Positions 53,480 to 64,000 of a stretch of 64,000 nt of DNA are shown in pieces. The notes beneath the pieces are model-generated. The model was given only the letters and a program-made list of their open reading frames with translations, had not been told where the DNA came from and ran no database searches. Source of the stretch: Octopus vulgaris (lineage: Eukaryota). Every line of letters begins with the position of its first letter. The first letter of the stretch is position 1. The translations under genes and the position numbers were made by a program. The stretch is from the NCBI GenBank assembly GCA_951406725.2, contig OX597827.1, positions 69,750,001 to 69,814,000 of the forward strand, read 5' to 3'.

Positions 53480-53870
53480 AATTCAGTTTCCGTTCTTATC
53501 CTCAACTATGTTTGTAAATGTTGGATAATCACCAAAAGAGTATGATCTTGAATACAAGCGGCGGAGATGGGTTTGCTCCGAAGGATCTCTGGAGCATCAT
53601 TACTTAACAAGTTACGCAGCTTGGAGATTAAGGAGTCTCTCCGGGTCAAACCGCTGCTTCTCCGCATTGAGATATCACAGCTCTGGTACTACAGACATGT
53701 GCTTAGAATATGGCACGAAAACTAGCAAGGCAGATATCTTCAAACTGGGCCAACTGGCAGGAGTCCCAGAGAAAGACCAAGATCGAGAGGGTTGGACAAT
53801 ATCTATAGTCTCAGCTGGTCACGCATAGGGACTTAACTGGAATGTGTAATGACGGTTACTTCGGATAGGA
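53480..53870 (+). mobile_element. RTE-clade LINE 3' remnant
   Basis: CWII...IQAAEMGLLRRISG..LLNKLRSLEIKESLRV..QLWYYRHVLR..GRSPRERPRSR. Confidence 0.8.
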
Positions 53871-54164
53871 CCCTACCCGACTAGGTCTATCAGTGATACT
53901 GGTCTTCATATCAGGGCCGAAATGCCCCGTGTTGGATACGTTTGAAAAAAATCTATATAAGGATTATCACATAACTTAACACAATTAGCAAACTAACAAT
54001 ACGAAGCTGTTCCTCTTGAGATCACAAATTCTTTAAGACTTTTCGATTTTATCACAAATATAAATATAATAAATACGAGTCCCTCTGTATAATTCTCTTA
54101 CATATAACTCTCACTTGCATGAACTGGGGATGTTGCTTAAGATCTTTTGACCAATTTAATTTAA

Positions 54165-54459
54165 CTAGCGACACCCGTGAATATTTCACGGAATTAATGG
54201 TAAACATATTGGGTTATTTCTGAAAACTTTACCCCCCTCCCACTCCCCCGATCCCTTTTCCCTCCTCTCCATCCCCCCTGATCCTTCCCATCCCTCCTTC
54301 CCTCCCTCCCTCCCTCCCTCCCTCCCTCCCTCCCTCTCCCTCCCTCCCTCCCTATCTCTCCTTCCCATCCCTCCCATCCCTCCCTCACCCTTCAACTAAC
54401 CACGTGAAAGCGTTACGGACGGGCTAAGTAACGGAGGAACACGCAGAATTATCATAAGA
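54165..54459 (-). mobile_element. Non-autonomous Helitron
   Basis: Minus strand A|TCTTATGATAA 5' end, CCGTGAA-ATA-TTCACGG hairpin, CTAG|T 3' end. Confidence 0.8.
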
Positions 54460-55004
54460 TACATTCACTTTATTTCTTATTTTACACTATTTCACGTTAT
54501 TTGATTTCTCTTAATCTATTATGCATCTCTACCGAATACGTTTTGATTCGTCGTTCCACTTACAGTTTATATATTATTCATTTAAACTAAATACTAGTTA
54601 AATTAAATTAATATATGTACTTAATTTATCTCATTTTACTCAGATACACATCAATTTATCTAAATCTAAATCTAATGACAGCTTAATATTACCTCTACTT
54701 CCCCTTGTCTTCCTCTTTGAATGCTACATATTTATCGTTAGAATCGAATATAAGCTTACTGTGTGGGAAGAACACAGGATAACGCCGTTAGATAAGGAAG
54801 ACAATAAAAGAAGATGAAGGGAGATAAAAGAAATGGACAAAGCAAAGAAAATAAAAACAAAATAGAATGGAATAAAATAAAATAAAGGACGATAGAAGAT
54901 AGCAAAGTAAAAACAGATATAAAGACGTATAGCTTTCTATAAGAGGTTTACACACATACACACACACATACACACACACACGCACAAATATATTTCATGT
55001 CTTT

Positions 55005-55240
55005 TTAGCCTTTAGTGGTTTCGGTCATTTGTCTGCGGCCGTGCTGGGGCACCACTTTGAAGAATATTTTTAGTTGAAAGAATCGATCCCGGTACTTATT
55101 ATTATTATTTTTTTTTTGTTTTAAACCCTGGTACTTAATTTATCGGTCTCTTTTACGGAGACGTAAACACACCGACGCCGGTTGTAAAGTGGTGGTAGGG
55201 AGACAAACGCAGCCACAAATATACATAAACACACATTCAC
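55005..55240 (-). mobile_element. SINE family A 3' half, diverged
   Basis: GGCCGTGCTGGGGCACC...GACGTAAACACACCG. Confidence 0.75.
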
Positions 55241-55288
55241 CTATATATATATATGTCGTATATATACATACAAACATACATACATACA

Positions 55289-55326
<38 letters not shown>

Positions 55327-55329
<3 letters not shown>

Positions 55330-56497
55330 CTTAGAATAACTTAGAAAGGTTTTGGCCAGTATTGGCCCAGGCCATGTCTAACTTAATAGCACCACCTGGC
55401 GAAGTCTTTCAGTTCAGGATTTGGGCACCAAGGCCCATTCCAGCAGAGAGTTATTGTTTGCGGAGACATATCCGGGTGTGGGTGGTTTGTCCGGTACTGT
55501 TTGAAGGAATTTGTCCAAAGACTTCTTGAATTTTGTGTGGTCAGTTTCTTTTTTGACGTGTCCTGGTGTAATGTTGAAGAGAGCGGGTCCAATTGAGGTG
55601 AAATAGTTGTGCCGTATTGTCGTTATGTGATGCGATTTAGATTTTTGTTGTGGACGTATGGCACGTGGTCCAAGCCTTGGATGTATTTTGAAGGTGATGC
55701 CAACATCATTCGGACAGTGCTGATGGAATATTTTCCACATCATACAGATAATGTAGCGTTCACGGTGTCGTTGGAGTGAATACAATTTCAGCTTCTCTAG
55801 TCTACCCCAGTAGTCAAGGTCTGACATGCCATCTATCTTTTTTGTGATTGACCTTTGGGGAGCTTCAATTCTCATAATATTTTGTTTTGTGTAGGGAGAC
55901 CACAGTGGACAGCAGTATTCAAGGTGGGGTCGGGCAAAAGTGGAGAAGAGAAGGATAATAGCGTGGGAATCTCTCGACTGGAAGGTTCTGAGAATCCAGG
56001 AACACATTCTGCAGGCCATGTCAACTTTGCTGCTTATATGTGTAGCCCAGCTTATGTTGTTGTCCACTGTTACTCCCAGGTCTCTGATGTTGTTGGATGC
56101 CATGAGAATTTCTCCAGAAGGAAGAGAGTATGGGAGTTTCAGAGCGTCCTCCCTTCCAAAGTGGATCAGTTCGAATTTGTCTTCATTTAGTAACATGTTA
56201 TTCTTTTCCGCCCATTGGACAACAGCCAGTAGGTCTGACTGAAGGTTTATTCGGTCATCCACGCCATTGATGACCTTCAGGAGCTTGGAATCATCAACGA
56301 AGGTTCTGATGTTATTGTGTTTGATGGTGTCAGTAATATCATTTATGTAGATGATGAAGAGAAGTGGGCCCAACACAGTGCCTTGTGGGACACCACTGCT
56401 GACTTTGGCTGGGCTGGATTTGACTCCTTCGACTACAACATGTTGGGTTCTGTTAGACAGGAAGCACTTGATCCACTGCAGCAGCTTTCCAGTGACA

Positions 56498-56502
<5 letters not shown>
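55327..56502 (-). mobile_element. 5'-truncated CR1-clade LINE inserted in (TA)n
   Basis: RT motifs SGVPQGTVLGPLLFIIYIND, FVDD, RDLGV, RPHLEYCCPLWSP, RLEKLKLYSLQ; short 3' UTR ending (TTCTAAGTTA)2. Confidence 0.93.
55414..56499 (-). CDS. CR1-type ORF2 C-terminal fragment (reverse transcriptase), uninterrupted ~361 codons, no genuine start
   Basis: ORF track 55414..56553; the first ~18 aa come from (TA)n and a SINE. Confidence 0.85.
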
Positions 56503-56541
<39 letters not shown>

Positions 56542-56544
<3 letters not shown>

Positions 56545-56670
56545 GTTCGGCAAAAGAGACCGATAGAATAAGTACTAGGTTTACAAAGAATAAGTCCTGG
56601 GGTCGATTTACTCGACTAAAGGTGGTGCTCCAGCATGGCCGCAGTCAAATGACTAAAACAAATAAAAGAG
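56542..56670 (+). mobile_element. SINE family A 3' part
   Basis: GGTTCGGCAAAAGAGACCGATAGAATAAGTACTAGG... Confidence 0.88.
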
Positions 56671-56685
56671 TTTATATATATAGAT

Positions 56686-56725
<40 letters not shown>

Positions 56726-56844
56726 TAGATAGATAGATAGATAGATAGATAGTTAGATATATAGTGTATGTACAAGTGTACAAAGGTAATTGTGTGATTA
56801 TATCTATGCATCTATGCGTCTTTTGTGCTTGTGTGTGAGTGCTT

Positions 56845-56910
<66 letters not shown>

Positions 56911-57304
56911 TGTCTGTGTGCGTGTGTCTTCTGTCGTTTGGTGAGAAAATGTTTTGTGCTGGAGATCTCTAGGTGCGGTTAATCAATTTGTCGTAAAACA
57001 CTTCTTAACAGTATGACACGATTAAAAACAAAAACAAAAACAAACACAAAACAAAACAAAAAAAAAAGCTCTTTTCTTGTTTTACACTGATTGGTGTGAC
57101 TGCATGAACTGGCATGTGATGATTAGGTTTCATCTTCCGATCACTACTTTAATACCTGCATATGTCGATTCAACGTGACATGGCGCTAACGCAGGGGAGC
57201 GTCATCATGGTCACTCGAGATTCCAGAAATGGCAGCCAAATCTACCCGTTAATCTGTTGAATACCCGTTATTCTGACACATTGAATATTGTAATCACTGC
57301 TGCT

Positions 57305-57336
<32 letters not shown>

Positions 57337-57519
57337 ACATCATGACATTTCTGTGATACACGATCCCTATTGATCGTTTTTTTCTTCTTTTTTTCCCCTC
57401 CCTTTTACGATCCCTTTTGATCGAAAACCTACCCCACTTTTTTTTCTCCCCAAAAAGAAAAGCTCTACTTTGTAATCTGTCCTGTCTGTGTGCAGCCCTG
57501 TGTGGCTAATAAAGAAACA

Positions 57520-57580
<61 letters not shown>

Positions 57581-57857
57581 GTCTGTCTGTCTGATTGCCT
57601 GTCTGTCTGCCTGCCTTGTCTGCCTGTCTGCCTGTCTGTCTGTCCGTCCACCCGCCCGTCCGCCCGTCTCTTTGTCTATGTGCCTGCCTGTCTATCTACC
57701 TGGCGGTTTGTCCACTTCTCTCTGTCAGTCTGTCTCTCCCACTCTTTCTATCCCTCTCTCCTTTCATTTTCTTTCTCTCTTTCTCTCCTTCTCTCTCTCT
57801 CTCTCTCTCTAAATATACATACATACATACACACATATGTAAATATATATATATATA

Positions 57858-58410
57858 GTTTTGTTGGTTTCTTGCTCAACTGCGCTCCGCACATAATAAT
57901 CAAGGGGGTTGCAGTCTGGGAAGTTAGGTGGCCAGATGTTAGGGGTTGTGTGGTCACAGAAATTGTCCCCTGCTCATGTGGTATGGGGCAGAGTCCTAAG
58001 GTCATCCAGCAGCCACCCTCTTGATCCAGAGCAACACTACCTCCTCCAGGTACTTGATGTAGGCCTCCGTGTTGAGTCTGAGGCCGTGTGGGAAGATGAA
58101 TGGAGGCATAACGTCGTCATCACTAGTGATCACTCCAAACACCTTGATGTTGACTGGATGTCTGATTTTTATCACTCTTGGTACATGTCCTCAGATTGCA
58201 CTGTTCTCAGATTGACACCCAAACACTCTGTCAAGTAGTACAGCATATAGTTTCCAAATTTCTGGCAGAGTGAATTGCTTCATGGTGCTGTTTTTCTCAC
58301 AGACGGTGCCCAACTGACCCTACTATACTCTGTAGTCGACAAAATCAAAAACAATGCGCATGCGCAAAATTAAAACCATAAAATGGCGACAATTTACCCA
58401 TCGCACCGTG
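57858..58410 (-). mobile_element. Tc1/mariner (maT/DD37D-like) transposase remnant with one TIR
   Basis: Minus strand HPVNIKVFGVITSD..VMPPFIFPHGLRLNTEAYIKYLEEVV, DSAPYH, WPPNFPDCNPLDYYV; terminus TA|CACGGTGCGATGGGTAAATTG. Confidence 0.88.
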
Positions 58411-58608
58411 TATGTGTATATAACCACGCATATATGCATATACACACATACGCACTCATACATATATACATATATGTATATATGTACACATGTAAATGTG
58501 TGTGTGTGCAATTAATAATCTATTATTTGGTAAAAATCCGGAAGGTATATCTTTTGAAAATATTTCATTTTAGAGAATCCTTATTGCTTTTAAGAATGTT
58601 TCCCTTTC

Positions 58609-58656
<48 letters not shown>

Positions 58657-58894
58657 TATATGCATATATGCACACACATACACACATATTTACATGTGTT
58701 GTATATGTATATATATATATATATATGCATATAAATATATATATATAAATGCACGCATGTATGTATGTGTATATATATGTATATATATGTATATATATAT
58801 ACATATATATATAATATATATATATGTATGTATATATATATGTATATATATATATGTATATATATATATATACATATAAATACATATATATATA

Positions 58895-58973
<79 letters not shown>

Positions 58974-59544
58974 AATTGGCCTCCTTGCAGCGAACACGAT
59001 TCACTATATAACTTTAGATTTATATCATAATTAGTTTTATTGTATTTATACTGAAAGAGGAAAAACTTTTAAGAAAAAGCAAAACAAAAAAAAAAAAAGA
59101 AAAAGAAAACAAACAAAAAATATACGATTAAAATATGAAGATATTATCTTAGTCATAGCAAGAAAAAAAAAAGATGTCGGGGGGAGTATCGGAATAGCCG
59201 AAGGAATGAGTTAAAACTAGTAAGATGGAAGAAAGAAGAGAAAAATAAAACGAAAGAGCGGTTGAGAATACTATCACATAAGTAAGTTATAATTGTTTTA
59301 AGTTGGTTATGAAATTCCAACTAACAAGATTCAGTTAAAAATTGAAGAAACACTTCAGATTTTATTTGTAAGCGGCGATCAGACGTTACAAAGGAAGGGT
59401 CTGGATACGCTTCTAGTAATGGCTGTTAAGACAACGTAGTTTATATTCTCAAAATAGACGATTCGAATCTAATTTATTTAATTCAATTTTTGAACTAAGA
59501 ATAACCAAATCTTCCAGTTGTCTTTTAATAAGTATTCGAGGCAT

Positions 59545-59844
59545 TACTGTGTAGTTAAGAAGCTAGCTTTTGTTGTAACACATAGTTCTGGTTTTAGTTC
59601 CACTGCGCGGCGTTACTTGAGCGTGTGTTTTCTACGACAGTCGCGGGCCGACTAGTGCCTTGAGAGTGAATATGGCAGACGGAAACCGTGTGGAAGCCCG
59701 TTGTATAAACAGCGTGAAAAGCGAAGAGACCTGTAAGCGAAGAAAAAAAGAGAGAGAACTACACACACCGCAACAAAAATTGTGAAAAGAAACCTTTTTC
59801 TTATTCTCTTCCCCTTTATTCTTTCATTCTCTCTCTCTCTCTCC

Positions 59845-59891
<47 letters not shown>

Positions 59892-60209
59892 CCGCGTATT
59901 CTATAAAAACTCAATATGATCGAACTTTCAATAATAATTTGTTATAATCTTCGTCGAATATTTACTCTGATATTATCAATCCCTGTGAAACTCATTGAAA
60001 TTTATGTGAACATTTGAACATTAGATCGTTTTAAAATGTTTGTCCGTAATTTTAAACCCTGTTTAAAAAAAACCCCTTGTTTTATATATATTTGTAACAT
60101 TGATAAACAAAAAGAATTGTTGAAACTAGTTTGGTATCTAAAAAAACTTATTTAAAAACAACTACATGTTTTTCAAATTCAGATGCATTTTCAAACCCCA
60201 AATTTGCAG

Positions 60210-60245
<36 letters not shown>

Positions 60246-60757
60246 TACTCTTTACTCTTTTACTTTTTTCAGTCATGTGACAGCGGCCATGCAGGAGCAC
60301 CGCCTTTAGTCGAGCAAATCGACCCCTGGACTTATTCTTTGTAAGCCCAGTACTTATTCTATCGGTCTCTTTGGTCGAACCGATAAGTTAAGGGGGCGTA
60401 AACATATCAGCATCGGCCCTCAACCCATCAAATGCAGTTGGTCGCATACCGACATTAGACAGAGAATTCCTATGGAGACAACAGTTTCTATACAACTCGA
60501 CTACCTCTTTCACCTCTTTTATTTACAGATAAATAAATTATTTATCCATATGTATATATGTATGTATGCATGTATGTATGTATGTATGTATGTATGTATG
60601 TATATATGTATGTATGTATGTATGTATGGATGGATGTATGTATGTACACATGCGGCGCAGTAGCTTGTTTACTTGCCCTCGTACCTTCTGCTCTAGCCTC
60701 GGGCCGACCAAAACCTTGTGAGTTGATTTGGCAGACGAAAACTGAAAGAAGCCTGTC

Positions 60758-60794
<37 letters not shown>

Positions 60795-61000
60795 CGTATG
60801 TCTGTGTTTGTCCCCCCACCACCACCATCGCTTGACAACCAATGTTACGTCCCTGTAACTTAGCGGTTTGGCAAAAGAGATCCCATAGAATAAGTTCGAG
60901 TCTTACAAAGTGTAAGTCCCTGGGCCGATTTCTTCGACTAAAGACAGTGCTCCAGCATGGCCGCAATCAAATGGGACTGAACCAAATAAAAGAGATAAAA
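59545..61000. mobile_element. Three further SINE family A pieces (59545-59705 +, 60248-60415 -, 60652-61000 +)
   Basis: Family A motifs. Confidence 0.8.
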
Positions 61001-61191
61001 GAGAGACACACGTATATATATATTATCCATTTATTTATTTATATATTATACAAAAAATTCCACGTAAACACGAAGTTTTTACCTTTAAAAAGAAGGAGTT
61101 ACAACCTCTTTACTTGTTTGACTTTTTGCTACCCTGGTAACTATTTATTTATCTTTTCCGTGTTAATTGTTAATAAGTCAAAAATACACTC

Positions 61192-61265
<74 letters not shown>

Positions 61266-61278
61266 ATATCTCTCTCTC

Positions 61279-61309
<31 letters not shown>

Positions 61310-61861
61310 ATATATGTACATATATATATATATATATACATATATATACATATATACATACATATACATATATACATACGTACATGCATATATGCATGCG
61401 CACAGACACATACATACGAATATATCACTTCAGGCCATGTGCAGATATATTACATTTTATTCCCATGATTTCCATGTCATTATCCGTTTATATTTCATTA
61501 ATTATTGTTATTCATCTGATATACTTTCATCTGCCTCTAGTATTAGACCTAATGAGCCGGGTTAATTATACTAGATATAGATATGGCGTTTTGCTTTTCC
61601 TTATTTCCTACATACAATTAATTTTGTAAATAATCTAAACTTAATTTTTATGTATAAATATTAATTAACCCTTTGTAGCAAAGAGAATTATGGCACAACC
61701 CTCCCTGTCGCCAGTTTCCTAAACAATTAAACATTATTCTTGTAATTACATTTCTTTAAGTTTATCATTTACTTTTCATCTAATGAAGTTTTAAGCCATT
61801 GAATATTTCTCTAAATTATACATTTTAAAGAAAATTATAGTAAACTTGGTCCAGGAGCATT

Positions 61862-62355
61862 CGTCACTGAGGAGTCGAAATGAAGTCGAAACATCGTGGC
61901 TCACGATCGATCAATGACGTTCTGAACAGGCCCTGTGATTTTTTTATTGCGATTAAATAGTACTACTAACGTCGTTCTACGGCTGTATATACATTATAAA
62001 TTATATACACGTCATTATTTTAGTAAACTTAGCACGTCATATTTCTAGTTTATCTCTGATAATAAAATTGTAGCTTATTTATTCCTGAAGTAATAAGTAT
62101 ATCACCGTCACAAAGAAATATATTCTTCTAATCGAATTCACTTATAAAAATGCAACTATACATATTTGTAATGTGTATACTAACATGAAACGGCACCAAC
62201 TGCAATATTTTTTAAATCTCTTTTGCAATAAAAGCACAGAGCTTAGCTCACATCAGTATTTTGGTCTGAAGCTGCTTCAAATGCGTCACTGAAGAGGAAA
62301 AATCATTTTGAAACTCTGTATCTGGTGATCCAACGGCGTTCTGAGTGAGGCCCTA
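61862..62355 (+). repeat. Two diverged direct copies, each with a hammerhead-like core (61862-61935, 62284-62355)
   Basis: CGTCA-CTGA(G/A)GA-N14-GAAAC...GATC.A..G.CGTTCTGA...AGGCCCT in both. Confidence 0.6.
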
Positions 62356-62379
62356 TATTTTTAATACAAAAGTATATAT

Positions 62380-62748
62380 AAAGAAGAGCACTCAGAGAGC
62401 GCAAATCTCCACCAAGGCAACACCAGCGTCCTCTCAACGATTAGCCGGAGATTATTTTTAAAATGAGAATATCCTGAAATAAACTCGACTCCTCTTACAA
62501 ACGGGAATACTAAAAATGAACCCGACCGCTCTCAAAAATTAAGTAAAAAAACAGGAAAATAATCCAGAATCCTTTTCCGGGATCGGATCGAACCCAAAAT
62601 CTAATCAGTTCATGCCAGTCACAAGGCTAAACATCCCTGAAAGTTTCATCTGAATCCATCCAGCGGTTCTTGAGATATCTTGTCTACGGACAAATAAACA
62701 AACACGATTGAAAACAATACCTCCGCATTCGCTAAGGCGGAGGTAAAA
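62380..62748 (-). mobile_element. Helentron-associated non-autonomous element (HINE-like); orientation tentative
   Basis: AAGAGCACTCAGAGAGCGCAAATCTCCACCAAGG end and terminal hairpin TACCTCCGC/GCGGAGGTA (62718-62745); A-run flanks. Confidence 0.7.
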
Positions 62749-63074
62749 ATTTCAGTGATTATATATTCGACTATTGCCGTTCTACGTTTGTATACACTTT
62801 GACATAAAGAATTAAAGGGGTGAAGGAAAAGGATTACAAATCCAACAACTATTTTTGGGACTCAGCGATCTATAATAATGTTTGTCGACTGATTCCATCT
62901 TAGAAAGAAACGAGCCTCCATCTTCAGGGAGGAGATCTTGTATTTGAGATGTTAAAGGAGAGAAGTTCATATGTATGTCTCTTCTATTTTTTAGTTATTA
63001 CGAATCTTCAACTGAGGAGGGAGCCGGTTTCCAACAAAAATACAAGGCTCCATCTTTGGGATGTAGTTAACACA

Positions 63075-63425
63075 TTTGGAACTTGAGAAAAGTCTTGCAT
63101 ATTTTTACTGTTCCACTCACACATTACACTTGTAATGTACGAAGTAGCTGGTCGATTTCTCTTTCCTACAACCCCAGTTTATCCAGATTCTTCTTTAAGC
63201 AAAACCTAGTGCTCCAGTTATTATTGGCATGAATATGAGTTCATAGTCTGGATATAGAAGCTGGAGGTTTCGAAGCAGATGTCCATAGATATCCTCTGTT
63301 TCTTTGATTTTCAAAGAAATATTTATATCTGCAGGGCAGCTGACCTCTATGATGGTAGAGGCCAGCTGCCCTGCAGATATAAATATCTCTTTGAAAATCA
63401 AAGAAAAAGAGGATATTTATGGACA
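63075..63425 (-). mobile_element. R4-like LINE endonuclease fragment with a fold-back 5' end
   Basis: IIEVSCPAD.NI..K.KE.EDIY..L...IFMPIITGALG; 68-bp arms 63281-63348 and 63357-63424 with 4 mismatches. Confidence 0.8.
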
Positions 63426-63639
63426 GCTAATACGTATGTATGTATGTATGTATGTATGTATGTATGTATGTATGTATGTATGTATGTATGTATGTATGTA
63501 TGTATGTATGTATGTATGCATGCATGTATGTATGTATGTATTATGTATGTATGTATGTATGTATGTATGTATGTATGTATGTATGTATGTATGTACATAT
63601 GTATGCACGTATGTATGTATGCACGTATGTTTATATGTG

Positions 63640-63860
63640 TATCTTTGTGCTTGTGTTATGTCTGATACCTCCACCACTGTTCTTCAGCCGGTATTGGTAT
63701 GTTTACATCGCCGAAACTTAACAGTTCGGCACAAGAGTACGGCAGAATAAGTACCAGGCTTTAACAAAATAAGCACTGGAGCCGATTCCTTCAACTAAAC
63801 TCATAAAGGCGGGCGCCCGAGTATGGTCGCAGTCCAATGATTGAAACAACAAGTAAAAGA
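63640..63860 (+). mobile_element. SINE family A 3' half, diverged
   Basis: GTTTACATCG...GTTCGGCAC...GCAGTCCAATGATTGAAACA. Confidence 0.7.
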
Positions 63861-64000
63861 CAGAAAACAAACAGCTTTAAATAATTTCAACGAAATTTCC
63901 AATGAGATATTTCTTCCACTTCTACTTCTTTCCTTCCCCCCCTTTCCTTTCTCCTACTACTAATCCTCCAACTCGTTCGACTTTCCTCTCTTTCTCTTCT

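Overview
Eukaryotic, AT-rich DNA saturated with microsatellites. The SINE and microsatellite landscape suggests an octopus (coleoid cephalopod) intronic or intergenic region; this is inferred from repeat families, not proven. No intact host gene is evident, and almost all of the ORF track is microsatellite or SINE artefact. Recognisable content: a near full-length but decayed R4/Dong-clade LINE (11.0-14.0 kb), a 5'-truncated CR1-clade LINE with an open RT frame (55.3-56.5 kb), RTE and R4-like fragments, a Tc1/mariner transposase remnant, three non-autonomous Helitrons, a Helentron-type element, pogo/Tigger-like ends and dozens of tRNA-derived SINEs of 3-4 families. Less obvious structure: (1) about ten minimal hammerhead-ribozyme motifs from several unrelated families, many in ~150-300-bp elements lodged in (TA)n tracts (Penelope-like/retrozyme-like), one with a fully canonical core at 24163-24205; (2) one SINE head+core carrying at least five different 3' tails; (3) seven long fold-back inverted repeats, one pairing a duplicated exon-like segment with its own antisense copy; (4) a spliced, degenerate fibronectin-type-III-like pseudogene at 31.4-32.0 kb that the ORF track misses.
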